Assembly (NCBI RefSeq): GCF_052425735.1 | Contig: NC_135759.1 | Coordinates: forward strand, 40,238,001-40,302,000 | Length of the DNA: 64,000 nucleotides | Reading direction: 5' to 3' | Origin: Oculina patagonica | Lineage: Eukaryota | Part shown: in pieces, positions 39,031 through 52,400 of the stretch | How the letters are laid out: every line of letters starts with the position of its first letter | Position numbering within the stretch: the stretch's first letter is position 1 | The notes under the pieces: generated by a model | Seen by the model: the letters and a program-made list of their open reading frames with translations, nothing else | Told to the model about the DNA's origin: nothing | Database searches by the model: none | Translations under genes and position numbers: made by a program

Positions 39031-40450
39031 ACGACCAAAAAAGCCATCCGCAAAGATGGTCTTTTCACATAAACTAGACGTAAAAAACGTTCATTTGTTT
39101 ATGCAATGTGAAATCTCCTCGAAAATGAAACATTTTGTGACATTTTAAAATTTTCAGACATGATAGTAATTTAGAGATCAGTACCAGTAGTACAAAAAAA
39201 TAATGAAAGGTTTCAGGTTTGAGGGTAAGACGAAAACTCTTTTTGGGTTAGTGTTTGGTTAGGGGTGGGGTAAAACCCCTTTTGAGATTATTTTTAGATT
39301 GAAGGTAGTGCAAACCATTTCTTTGTGGTAAGGTTTTGGTTCGAGGGTGGGGAGAGTCATAGCTGACCACCTTACTTTACAGTATGGGTCGGATCACTCT
39401 GATATGACCGGCTGTACAACCAAAGTATTTACTCAAAACTTAATCAACAGGTTAAATCACGGTATAGATAGTGTCAGATTTCCATGCAGTGTCAAAATTA
39501 CATGTTACTACCAGTTTACCCACAGGTACATTTGACGAGCAGATCCTTTGCAAACTCCACCACTGTATGGTTAAAAGCCCCTTCAGAAATAAGTGTCAAG
39601 TTTTCAGAAGGAAATATATACTAGTGGTACCTATCGGTAGAAATGCCAACGAGTACAACGGGAGATCGAGAGAAGAAGGGAGGATAATTGTAAATGTTTG
39701 GCTGAAAGTACGCTTTATGATTTTGGTCCGATCAATAAACATTGGGTGTTTTCTTTGAAAATCTTGAATGTATCTGGAATAAAATGCGATATTGTGAAGG
39801 CTAAATGAGGAAAAAGTTCTCAAATAATACCGTGAAAGTAGTGAAGATTTAGTGAGAAATCTTCTAAACTCCATGTTTTTGAGAGTTTCAAGCCATTGTT
39901 GTTCGATGCCGCTATCGCTGCTGTTTTAGCTTTTTTTTAAGGTCTTAAAGGTCTGCATGGTCCCTAAATTTTAGGTGAATGACTGAAGAATCGTGCTGTT
40001 GAGCAACGGGCCTCCCACAATTTTCAATTCTCAGTCGAGGTGTGATAGACATCATCTAGATAAAAGGTTACTCCACCATTTTCAAAGAACGCCATTGTCA
40101 GGAATACATGCTCAATTCAAAACTTGTTATATGGGGCTTGCAAGAGCAAACTGTTGCAAACATCCATCTACAATCTTACACCACTAAAATTAAACATGAA
40201 AAATTGTAACATGTGCAAACATTAAATAAAAATACTGGTAGGCCAATCTGGATAGATTTCATTTCGACACGCGGTTTTTGAAATTTAGATATAAAACGTC
40301 TACACCTTCCCTTAGATATTCGAACGTGGAATACTCAAAACAGTTCTCAAAACGGTTATGAACCTACGCAAACGCCCGTTCGCCACAAACGTCCGCCATC
40401 TTTGTTTTCAACTAAACCCGTACTTAGTTTTACTCGGCCAAATTTCTTTA

Positions 40451-40464
40451 GGGACTGGTCAATA

Positions 40465-40517
<53 letters not shown>

Positions 40518-41021
40518 CGGGAGGGGGGAGGGTGGGCGCAGAAAGGGAATGGGTCACCAGTTTTTGAGGTCTCGAAAAGGGCTGGGATATGTAGTTTTGA
40601 TCTACACGTAGGGGGTGGGACATCTTTTTCATTCACTAACTTTTAAACTGTTATAGTTCCAAGAAAGTTCTCAGTTCATCCTTCTTTGGTGTGCTAAGAA
40701 ATGGGAAAAGACGTACATGGCACAGCAGTTTCCATTAGGGTGGTGTGTGTAGGGAATCACACCTTAAAAGTTGTTGTCAAATTAAAAACCTCCAACCCCT
40801 TACAGAAAGAAATTATTGTTCCCTTAATAATGAATATTTTGAGCAAAGGGGGTGGGTCATGTAATTTTCAACCTCCTATCAGGGGTGTGTCAGTTAGTTT
40901 AGAGCCAGAAGGAAGGAGTGGGTCACAAATTTTTGAGCCACCGCTTTTTCAATTGCTCCGGTCCACCACCAACCCCCCACCCCCCCCCCCCCCGCGGCCC
41001 CGGTACTTATTGACCAGTCCC
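40451..41021. mobile_element. PIF/Harbinger-type MITE between LU genes 3 and 4, containing (AG)n
   Basis: TTA-GGGACTGGTCAATAAG ... CTTATTGACCAGTCCC. Confidence 0.8.
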
Positions 41022-41306
41022 TGACAGGGGGAATCATGTTCTTGTCTTTTCTCTGTGACCCTAGCAAAACGACCCTACCAAACGTATCTATTATCGAATA
41101 ATCAAAGAAGATATCGTGTTCATTATGTAGTCGCGTTATGTACAACGAAGATAAACGAAAGCTAGCGTTTGGTAAGATTTAGTTTTATTTAAGCATCACA
41201 AACCAAAAAAGGAGACATCCCTGTTGTTGCTTAACACTTTTCTTAGAATCCTTCCTATTTTAATTCACAAAATCACGCATGAAAAAAGACAAAACGATTC
41301 TCTTCT

Positions 41307-44300
41307 TCAAATGGACAAATGCAAAACCAACCCAACGGCAAGGGTCATCACAAGTCCGGCAAGACTGGTGAAAGCAACTCCGCTGGCCGTCGGGTCTGGC
41401 ATCGTTGGCTTCGGGAAACCTTTTGCAGTGGCGTAGTTATAGTTACACTTGTCTGACTGACAGCTGGCCACCTTGGAGCAAACCGCGTCACTACTGTCCT
41501 TGCAGGGATCCTCGTTGCAGTCTTCATAGAAGCAGCAACCTGTGTCACCAAAGAAAAGTATAAGACAATCAGAAGCATAGGTGATATGCTTCTAGACATA
41601 TAGAATAATTTATGGAAAGTGCGCGCGTACGGTATTTACGCACGAGTTGGTGAAGTATCAGAAATCGAACGAGTAAGCGCAGGAAAGGAGTGAGATTCAA
41701 ACCAACGAGTGCGTAAACACCGTACAAAGCAGTTTCCATGTGGTATTGTGTTTATTAAATACGTACTGAGACTGTCAATGAAGTCATTTAACGACCCATT
41801 TAATGAACTATTCAGTCGAAGATGCTCCAGCAGTCCAAGAAAATTATTGTCCGCGTAACCGGCAGCGTAAAGCGCTTCAAAGTCTTCGTCAGTCAACGGC
41901 ACGCCCATCAGCTTTGTATTTGCTTCCACGGCCTTCTTTTTGCGTTTTTTTTTAATGCTTGGATTGTTCAAGTCATCTGAAGCTAACTCATCATCATCTA
42001 ATACTAAGCTTGCTCTGTACTACACCTTAATTTACCCTTATATCACTTACTGTAATTCAGCCTGGTCTTCTACATATATAACTAATTTAAATAGAATTTT
42101 TTATTTACAAAAACGTGCTGTGCGAGCTATTACCAACTCAGACTATCGAGAACATTCTGCCGCCTTATTTGCTAAACTTAGATATCTTCCAAGTCAAGTT
42201 TAGCCTTATTTGCTAAACTTAGATATTTTCCAAGTCAATGTATTGCAAATAGCTAAATTTATGTTTTATTATCATAACCAATTATTGCCCCCGATGTTTC
42301 TCAGTTTGTTTTTTTCTACTAGTAGTTAAATACACAGTTATGGCACAAGAATAGCCAAGTGTTATCGACCACATCACTGTCGTACAAATCTAAAGCAGTT
42401 TACAATACTTTTCCAGGGTCCTAAAATTTGGAATTCTCTACCAGAATCGATCACTGGTTCGAGTAGCTTCTCTTCTTTTAAGAAAAAAATGATTAAATTT
42501 CTAATAAAATGAGTCTGAAATTAGCCTGGCCTAGCTGCACATTCACAGCGAAATTACTAACTTATTGCTAACCCGAGGTGGCCTCCCCCATAAGGCTCGT
42601 GGTTTCTTGGAGGTCTCCTCGCCCTATCTATTTAAGTTTTTTTGTACGTATTAATTTCTAAAGTGGCAAATAAAATGATGATGATGATGATGATGATGAC
42701 GTATTCTTCTGCCGAAGAACCGTGGGCTTTTTATTTATGTTTTTCTTAGGAATACCAAGAAAGTTTTAAGGTAAACGTTCGGCTGAATTACAATTGTAAA
42801 AAAAAATAGCTTTTTAGGTGCGAAAGGTCGCCAATCAGTCTTGAATGAAAACTTCAACTTGATTCGTCTCACACGTCAAAAAACACGATACGCGGCTTCT
42901 GATTGGATGTATCATTTTTTCCACACGTGAAAAAAAGCGATAGGCGTCATTTGATTGGTTTACATCGGTTTGCAAACGAAAAGTTACTTTGCGGCTTTTT
43001 AGTGATTAAATCTCAGTACGTATATAATAAACTGACTTATGTTGGTCATTGCAGCGCATACATTTAGTTATCTTATTTTTTCTACATATTCTCTAACTCC
43101 CTAATTAATTCTCTAACTCCCTACGTCAGAATAAAGATTAGCCTGCGAATACAGCCGCCTCTCATTCGCTCCCGCTACAAGGCTAAATAAAGATGTATGC
43201 TTATAAGTTGTATTTGTTATTAATTTATAGATTTTCAGGAGAAGTTTGAAAAGGAGGCAGCGACCTAATGGCTGAACACGCAAGACTAGACTAGGTGCTA
43301 CATATCCGAGTAGAAATCTCTCTATCTGTTATCCTGGTATCTGGCACAAACATGTCCCAAGGTGTGCCACTGAACCATCAAATAAATAATAAATAAAACT
43401 TCAAACGAACGACTTTGTTGGTAGGCTTAAACACCTCGAGGACATGGACTTAAAAAATGTCTAGTTCTAGGTAGTTAGTAAATAAAACTTTTGTTAATAT
43501 TATTATACAGGAATGCACCTACTTCAACTCCTTTCACTCCCTATTGGACTACTTGGGCACTACTGGTACAATGCAAGGGTGCACCACAGATATATACAAA
43601 GCAAGTCAGTCCCAGCTCACTCAGCCTTGCTCATTGATAATTGTAGAGCACACTATACACTATAGTTAGTCTCTCGCGCCATGAGGCGCATAAGGACACT
43701 ATACACTATATACATACTTAATAATGACATGTTTAGAAATTATCTATGAATCTCAGAGACAATTAGAATGAAATTCTAAATAGCAATCTCTTTTTCCCTT
43801 GACATTACTTGGAACTGACTGGTCCCTTGTCGTCTCTGGACCAAAAAAAAGGTAGGACGCGGGGCATGATGGGAATGAGGCCATGGAGAGTGAGAGACGT
43901 CTTTTCTCCCACCAGTCATCCCTGGCGTCTTATAATGTTCTTGTAAGAGAGGAATGGGGACGAGTTAATCCCTCATATCGTTGCGTATTTTGAGAGATTC
44001 TTTACATACCTTTAATGTCTATGACGCTACCCAGAGTCGTGTAGTTCACTGTGTACACTCGACAGCCATATACAGCATCTGGAAGATCAGGACTATCACA
44101 CGTCACCGTCGCGTTCGGAGCCTGTGCACAATCCGTCGACGCTCCACCACAGCGATAACAAGTGAGCGACCAGGCTAAAAAGGAAAATGATTCTAGTTAA
44201 TTCTTATTTCAAAATAACGTATCAGTGCGAAAACATGAAATAGAGTCCATAATATACATTGACTTAAAAGAAACATTTTTAAAGAAAATGTAAACTGAAA

Positions 44301-46655
44301 GACAGTAAAAAATTTAAAACTTGAGTTCAAGTGAAGACTGAAAAAAGATCAACAGTACTAGGCTTGAAGGATCTGTAAAAGAAAACCATGATTTCTACAT
44401 CACTTCAGCTAAATGTACCTATGAAAGGTAATGTATTTATATTTTTAAAGTGTTCTACAGGTTACATAACGTTGTTGGGACATACATCCTATAAGATACG
44501 CAGGCAGAATTCACATGAATCATCAAAAGGCGCTTAATGACCGTTTTGAGAGTAAAGCCTGGGTTCAAAACGAAGCAAAGAATTCAAAAGCATTTTAAAG
44601 TGAATTAAAGTGAATAAAAACAAAATGTTAAAAAAGGAATACGCATAATTGAAATGTTATTACGAGGATTATAATGACCATTTAATTTTGGCGCTTAAGC
44701 CCAGTTGCACTTCTTCGGAAACGGAGTAAACCATATCGTTGGAAGTCTTCTCTACATAAAAAAAAACATTCCCAAAAACTTTAAGAAGGTTTTCGGTGCA
44801 GGAAATGAGCCCCCCTCTAATTGGAAGCAGAAAAGCTTAAGGGATTATAAAATATTTACATAATACCTGCATGTACGATTAGCTAATTGTTCAGCGTTAC
44901 TCATCGCCAAGTGTCTCACTAAAACTGAATTTGTTGTCTTTGTCTTGCCCTTCTATTTTTGTCAGGTAAACTCGGATACGATTTGAATTTTCTCAGCAAA
45001 CTATATTTTTAAGTCTTTTTTTTGTACCTGAACTGCCGTTTATGGTTTTTGTCTAATATCGATCCAATAAAGTTTTGTCATGCAAATTCACCAATTTCGT
45101 ATATTGGGCAATCAATTGTTACTGACGATAAATAGTACTATGCATATATCTATCTTATATCTATCTTGAGAAATCATTGAAACTTAGGGACTTTCCATTT
45201 GTCAGAACTGGGGGGATCGCCGGGGTAAAAGTAGAAATATGAAAAAAAAAAAAAAAAAAATATAAATTTTTTTTTTTTTTTTTATTTTTTTTTTTTTTTT
45301 TTTTTTTTTAAAAATTTTTTTTAAANNNNNNNNNNNNNNNNNNNNNNNNNNNNNNNNNNNNNNNNNNNNNNNNNNNNNNNNNNNNNNNNNNNNNNNNNNN
45401 NNNNNNNNNNNNNNNNNNNNNNNNNNNNNNNNNNNNNNNNNNNNNNNNNNNNNNNCAAAAACAGAGTTCTGTTGCTAGTCAGATTTGTCCTGTCAAATCA
45501 GTAAATGCAAAAATATTATACACTGTTGCGGTGGATTTGTGGGAAAATCTCGTAGAAAAGGCCTAGTTTACATTCAAAACCACCGGGTCGGCTAGCCTGC
45601 AAGCGCCGTTAGGTTGCAAAACATTTCATCAAAAAAGGCTAAATAATTAAGAGAATTAACTGGCATCTAAAAGTACTGAGGAGACTTCAGCAGCTAGACA
45701 GCAAATAGTCAGTGTGGCAATGTAAAATAAACGTCTTTTATGGTCTTGGGGGTTGGCCCAGGCTGTGCGAAGGTGACCTATTCAGTCCTTGGTAGCTAAA
45801 CACGGGAAAATACCATTACGCTAGAATAAAAGTTAACCCGGGCCTTCACTTACAATAATAAACCTTTAAATTCATTTCTTTTATGAGCGGATTTTGAAAT
45901 AGGTAGATATTGCTTTGTTAGGCTCAAATCGTCTAAAAACAAAGTGTCGCTGTTACGCAAACGATGTGTTGCGTTACGGTTGCGTTCCGTTTGTTGGTAC
46001 ACGACCTTAGCCTGCGAATACCACCGCCTCTCCGCGCTCCGACCCGCTTGCTGCGTTCGGATCGGGGCGCGGAAAAGCGGCTGTATTCGCAGGCTTACAC
46101 GACCTACAACCCCCCAGCCTTGTAGCTTTTATCTCCCATCGTGTTTGTACCTCTTCCATCGTGTGTAAATAAAGGTTGTATGTATGTTTGCACGGTTGAT
46201 CATCTTCGGTCGATCCGAAATAACAACACAAGAAATCTCACTGACTAAAACTCACATCGATCAACGGTCATAGCTTTAATTTAGCGAGTACGCCAGCGTT
46301 GGTCATTGGTCTCTCTTTTCGAGCTTGCGAGCTCGTGAGCTTTTTAGCTTGTACTTTGCACTGGTTGATAAATACGCTGCTTTGCGAGCACGATCAAGCG
46401 TTGAAGCAATTATCTAAAACACTCAAGCGTCATATAAAAGAGGCCTAAGGGACCTAAAAACCACTACCACAAGTCAGAATAACGTTTAAGCCCGGTTAAG
46501 AGCCGAATGATTTGCTTTCCGAAATGCACCTAACACTTATTTACCAAAAAGCACAAAAAGCGAATATGAATGTCCGTCACGTCTGACACGGGTGGATTTA
46601 ACTTACCTTCTGCGATGAAAGCAACGGCAATCAATGCTGCTAACAGAAACTTCAT
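41307..46655 (-). CDS. LU gene 4: tandem paralog of gene 3, 148 aa; exons 46655-46607, 44174-44010, 41539-41307
   Basis: MKFLLAALIAVAFIAE|AWSLTCYRCGGASTDCAQAPNATVTCDSPDLPDAVYGCRVYTVNYTTLGSVIDIK|GCCFYEDCNEDPCKDSSDAVCSKVASCQSDKCN...TASGVAFTSLAGLVMTLAVGLVLHLSI*. Exons 1 and 2 have the same lengths (49, 165 nt) as in gene 3. Intron 1 spans an assembly gap. Confidence 0.92.
41600..43031. mobile_element. Hairpin-ended unclassified element inserted in LU gene 4 intron 2
   Basis: Hairpin at about 41610-41745; IR TTTATTAAATACGTACTGAGA / TCTCAGTACGTATATAATAAA; absent from the gene 3 intron. Confidence 0.55.
41998..42700 (+). mobile_element. 5'-truncated CR1/L2-clade LINE 3' end
   Basis: LYYTLIYPYITYCNSAWSST...LQKRAVRAIT...GPKIWNSLP...FKKKM (ORF2 C-terminus), a 3' stem-loop, AATAAA and an (ATG)n tail. 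Confidence 0.88.
43139..43185. mobile_element. 47-bp TAGCCT...AGGCTA mini-MITE with 9-bp TSD
   Basis: TSD AATAAAGAT twice; single empty site AATAAAAAT in gene 3 at about 35200. Confidence 0.8.
45326..45455. other. Assembly gap (N run)
   Basis: Run of N. Confidence 1.
46008..46096. mobile_element. TAGCCTGCGAATA mini-MITE with 9-bp TSD
   Basis: TSD ACACGACCT at 45999-46007 and 46097-46105. Confidence 0.82.
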
Positions 46656-49412
46656 TTTTAACTTAGTCCTTTCGTTGATCCAACCTTAACGGAAACTTCA
46701 AATTAGGCCTTGGGATCTCGGTTTAACAGTTGACAGTTTATGCAAACAGCTCAGCGAACAGCTAAGACGTGCCGTTCAAGACCGCTTCGTTAAATGGAGT
46801 GTTTTACATCCAAAGGACTTGTTGGTTAATGATTGGCCCAAAATACGACGTCATCATAATTATAATCCTACAACAAAGTACGACCAACAAAGCCACCTAT
46901 AAAGATGTTCTTTTGTCACAGTCTAGACATAAAGAACGTTAATTTTCATACAAATTTGGAAGCGTCTCGGAAATAAAACACTTTAAAATCTTAAAATCAA
47001 TACAAAAATGCACGTTTAGTGACACATCACAATTTCAAAGTGTTTTATTTCCGAGACGCTTCCAAATTTTCTACAGTGCCGAAACGGTGTAACCAAGGAA
47101 ACGAAACACCTTACTAAACTTGACAGCTAACGAGCTGGGTATTGTTGTTTTAGGCGTTTTAAACTGAAGTCATGATTTGGTAGTAGTTTGTCAATTTCGC
47201 TCGCTGTTAGTTAGCTTAAAACAAAATTAAATGAGTATTAGCTAATGCAATTCTAAACTTCTTTAAAAAACGCACGTGTTGGAAAGCTTGGCCTTACACA
47301 CGTTATACGATGCTTAATTTGCGTACCTTAAAGCAATTAAGTTTTAAAAGTCTCTCATGGGAAATTTTCTTTTGTTTTCCTAGCGTGGGTTGCTTATTCT
47401 GGTCAGGTTAATTACTTTTGCGATGAACCAGCATTGTTCTATGGGCCGTGCTAAGTTAATGAGCTAGGTGGTGTCTTCTGTTTTTCAGTTTGGTTATGCT
47501 TTTAGTTCAGAAGACTTTTGTTCTAAATTTTTTAAGTTCAACTAAGTGAACTCGGGTTTCCGAATTATCTTGTCCATGTTAGCAACAAGAGCTGTAGAGT
47601 CGCCTAGTTCGATTCTGTTTGATGGCCAGTACTTATTGCGTAAGTACGGCGAAGTATTTACGCACAACGTTTGACCAGCTATTGTTTAGGCCGCGAAATT
47701 TGTTTTGAAAAAGACTGAAAAGAACGGCACGTCCTGGTCACACTAGTACCGGATTGATGTCGGAGAAACCACAGTTTGTGTTCACTCTCTGTTTATACTC
47801 ATTCGATTTTGTGTTGTGTTTACTTTTGAGTAATAACTAAGACATGACGTTTCTAAAAGAAACTTTGAAACGTCACGCTTTCGATGCATCAAAGAGCGCC
47901 GCCGCTTTGTTCGGCTGCAAGCTCCAAATTTTAGCACCCTCCTTCCAAAAAGCGCCCCCTTTGAATGTGCTTTTGTTAATTACCGCTGCAATCCTAATAA
48001 GCGCCCCTTTACGTAAGCGCCCACTATTTCAATAATTGCTTCAATTTCAGTGCCATCAGAATACAGCGAGATCATCCCTGGTTCATCTTCCTTTAAAACC
48101 ACTCACATCAAGGAATTGTGCTAAAGGAAGATGAGCCAGCACATGATCTTTCTTTCGGTTTACACATGCCGGATGTTGATATACATGTATAACAAACAGA
48201 AAGAAAGAAATAGGCACCCCGCTCCTAATAAGCTCCCTCCCTTGAGCTCCCATAGAATAAGCGCCCCTGGCACATGATCGAAACATTACAGTAATTGTCA
48301 GATGACCGTGAGCCGGAGAGGTCTGTTTTGTAAGCACGAGGATGATTACAGAGAGGAATCATTTCTCAGACTGCAGGAAGTCCCGTTACCATGTAACCAT
48401 AACTATCAAAATTGGAGGTAACACGAAAGGTTCCCACCGAACTAAGCTAGAATTACAAGAATTATTCAACCACAAAAATAAAATAGAAATCAAACTTCGG
48501 TTTTAAGTGACACTGTCACAGGGGTTTTAATGCTTTCGGTACAAAGTACTAAAATTGGTGAATAGGTCTTCTCGTACATAAAATGCACCTTGTACATCAA
48601 GATGGAGATATAAAGTAAATTGTTGTTGAAGGAAGAAGGGGGCTATAATAATTTTGTTTTTCCAGTCCACATGAACAAATCTTGAAAAAATCAGCCTGAT
48701 TTTTGTCTGGTCCCTTTCATGGAGCTTACTTTTACAAGTACGACGCAGGTAAACGCAAAGAAGGCGTAAATTTGTACACAAGGAATAAAAAAACCCGTCC
48801 ATTTCCTTGCATTTGCATCAGTGCCTACCTGTGCGTTGACTTGACGCTTGCATCGTTAACACGTATATAAGCTTATCAGTTCTTATGCTGATCTTATGCT
48901 TAGGTTAGCTTTCGGTCACACCTGTGAACCAGCCATGCTTGTGCTGGAAGCTAACAATACTGGCATTAACTGCCATTATATATAATGAAATTATGGGCTT
49001 GTTTGTCAGTCGTCTATAAACATTATATTTATAAAACTTTTTATTGTGAGCATTCAATCTTATATAGGCTTTATATCGTTGTGCAAATTTATCTGAAATA
49101 AATTCGTTCAGCGATTTTTAAACTATCTAAACTGCTGATAGCATTACGTTCGACACTGTAATTTTGTTGTACTGTGGTATTGTTATTGTGTCTCACTTAT
49201 TTACAAACTACTACACGCTGATGAGTCCTTTTGTTAAAACTTCTGTTGCTTATAAGATAATAACACTGTCTTGATAGAGACAAGTTTAGTAGTGTATATA
49301 CCAACCTATCTTTTTACACATTTTTACCCTCGCCAAGGGTCTGGAGTCAGTTTCTAGCTAAGCTACAATATCGAGAAGAAAGAAAAACGCTCAAACAGTC
49401 ACTGTTTTCGTT

Positions 49413-52400
49413 TCAAGGTAAAACCTTGGCAAAAATAACATGAACAAGAAACATCGCCATCAAAAACAGAATTGAGGAGCTTAAATTGACTTGCGAGTTG
49501 CAAAGGTCCTCGCCACAACAAGAAACATCACATGTTGCTTTTATTTCGTCACCAGACTTCTGTAGGTCCTTACATGCCGGGAGTAGGCTACTGGAACATT
49601 GGGATTGAGGAAGACAACCGCGTGCAAACATGGTTTCTTTCTTGTCAGAGTTCGCAACTGTCTTTTCGTAGTTGTACTTTACGCATCTTGCATCAGTAAA
49701 GGTGCATTCTGCTTCCGTTGTGTTTTCTTGACAGTGCTCCCAAGATTGAGTGCTCTGGCAAATGTTGCAACGTAGACTGCTAGCTGGAAGAGAATCATTT
49801 CATTGTCAGGTATAAACGAAGTGCTCTGTAACGTCTTAGCTTTCAACATCTAATATCTCGTTACAGATCGAGAATAGAAAAGCATATCTTGGTAAAAAGA
49901 AAAGAAAAGCATATCTTGGTGAAAACGTGACCTCCGAGTTCAAAGAGCTTGTCTTAATAAGGCCTCGTACTTGCAAAACAAGCAAACAAACAAACAAGCA
50001 AATATGCAAACAAACATCTGAAACAAACAAGCAAACAGGCAGACAAGAAAACAAGCAAAGAGGCAAACAAGCATACAGGCAAAGAAACAAACAAACATGC
50101 AAACAAACAAACAAAAGCAAAGAAACAAGAAAACAGGCAAACAGACAAACAAGCAAGCAAGCAATTAACAAAGAGCAAAAAACAAACAGGCAAACAAGCA
50201 GAAAACAAACAAGAAAACAGGCAAACAGACAAACAAGCAAGCAAGCAAACAAACAGGCAAATATGCAAACAGACAACTGAAACAAAGAAGCAAACAGGCA
50301 GACAAGAAAACAAGCAAAGAAGCAAACAAGCATACAGGCAAATAAACAAAAAGAAAGCAAACAAACAAAAACAAACAAGCAAAGAAGCAAACAAGAAAAC
50401 AGACAAACAGACAAACAAGCAAGCAAGCAAACAAACAGGCAAATATGCAAACAGACAACTGAAACAAAGAAGCAAACAGGCAGACAAGAAAACAAGCAAA
50501 GAAGCAAACAAGCATACAGGCAAATAAACAAAAAGAAAGCAAACAAACAAAAACAAACAAGCAAAGAAGCAAACAAGAAAACAGACAAACAGACAAACAA
50601 GCAAGCAAGCAAACAAACAAACAAACAAATAGGCAAATATGCAAACAGACAACTGAAACAAAGAAGCAAACAGGCAGACAAGAAAACAAGCAAACAAGCA
50701 AACAAGCATACAGGCAAATAAACAAAAAGAAAGCAAACAAACAAAAACAAACAAGCAAAGAAGCAAACAAGAAAACAGGCAAACAGACAAACAAGCAAGC
50801 AAGCAAACAAACAAACAAGCAAACAAAAAAACAAACAAAGAAGTAATAAAAAGGCAAACAGGCAAGCAAAATATAAACAGATATTTGCAATCACTAGCAA
50901 AATCTAGATATATATGCATATATATTGGTTTTGTTTTGTATCTGTTGTATACCGTACCAAAGTTAAGTAGTCTGCTTACAGGTTAGTTACGAACCTGTGA
51001 CACAGACACCTGGTACCTGTGATAATAATCCCCCGGCTTAGTAACCCTTTATTGCGGCTTCAAGAAAGCACATAAAATTATCGGCAGTAGTGTTTCTTAA
51101 ATTGTATTGAAAACAATACATTTGTTTAATAATGCATGGATAAGCGCCCGAAAGTTTTAAATTTTGAATCAGCGAAGTGCTTTATAAAAATAATAAAAAA
51201 ATGCTTGGATTTTCAATGTTAGTTTCTAGTGAAAGAGACTGAAAAACAAAACGAAATCAAGTTGATCATGAAAAATATCAGAAGTAAAAATTGTGGAAGT
51301 AGCATATTTTCCTTGAAAATACATCATTTTCTTTAAAAGAGCCTCGAGTGTCTATGTTATTTTTCTCCAGTCTTGTGCTGAAAGCATCATATCAAACGTT
51401 GACAATATAATAACGCTTGCGACCATCGCTCTCACGGGAGAGTAATATGCGAAAGAGTAAAATTTTACAAAAAAATTTTACCACTGTGCTAAGGCAATAT
51501 TTTATCTAAAAAAAATGATCAAAACTAAATGGAACACAGATTTGCGTCGAGAAAGCCCGGCAACTTTAGACAAAACCTAGTAACACGGCGCACAGTATTA
51601 ACAGTAACGGTTGAACTGGTGAAAAACAAGCACTTGCAACGTGTCAGCGTCGTTTTTGTAATTCAGAGAAGAATAACTCGAATCCGTTGTGCTCTCTTTA
51701 GTCCAATTATCATCAAAGCGTTTACAAATTCTTTCACTGATATCGATTTATGATATTGTTTCCAAGGTTATTGATTTGTGTTTTCGTTCGAACGAGATTT
51801 TGCTGTCGAAAGGCAAACTGTCCTCTCATTTTACAATTCAGCACCTACCTTTAGACAGTATGAAAACAGTTAGCAACGCGAAAATCAGGCGACGATTTAA
51901 ATGAGTCAGGCAAGCCATCCGTACGGGATTTCTTTTGAAGTGTGGAAATATTCGCAGTTTAGTGTTGAATAACGTCAATAACTTACTTTGCCATACACAA
52001 ATTTTACAAACTTCTTTTAATCATTAATATTTCAGTAATCTTTTTCAAAGCACCTGCCGCGCGCTTTCATGATGAATGAATAGTGAGTGATAAGCCATCA
52101 AAAATAAAACATTCAATTCACATAAGTCACCTTCGCAGCCCAAACAACGCTTCCGAAGGAGACTAATTCATCCAAGATCAAAACACATTTTTTTGGCGGT
52201 TGACAACAATTCTGAAAGGGTCTGGGGTTAATCCTAGCCTTCCGATTATGGCTACCTAACGTTTTAAATACGGTGTTTTCCAGTAAAGTCATATTACAGC
52301 ATTTTGGGACAGTTTTCTCGTGTTTTCTGTTGAATGGGGGTATTTTTTCTTCACAGAAATTATCTAATTTGTCATCACGCAAAGCTTCCCCTGTGAACGA

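Noticed and set aside
45240-45325. Poly-A/poly-T palindrome as a biological hairpin
   Set aside because: It abuts an N gap and is likely a low-quality contig end.
49836-50919. Long Cys/Leu/Phe-rich 'membrane protein' ORFs
   Set aside because: They are translations of the (GTTT)-derived satellite in all three frames, inside an intron.
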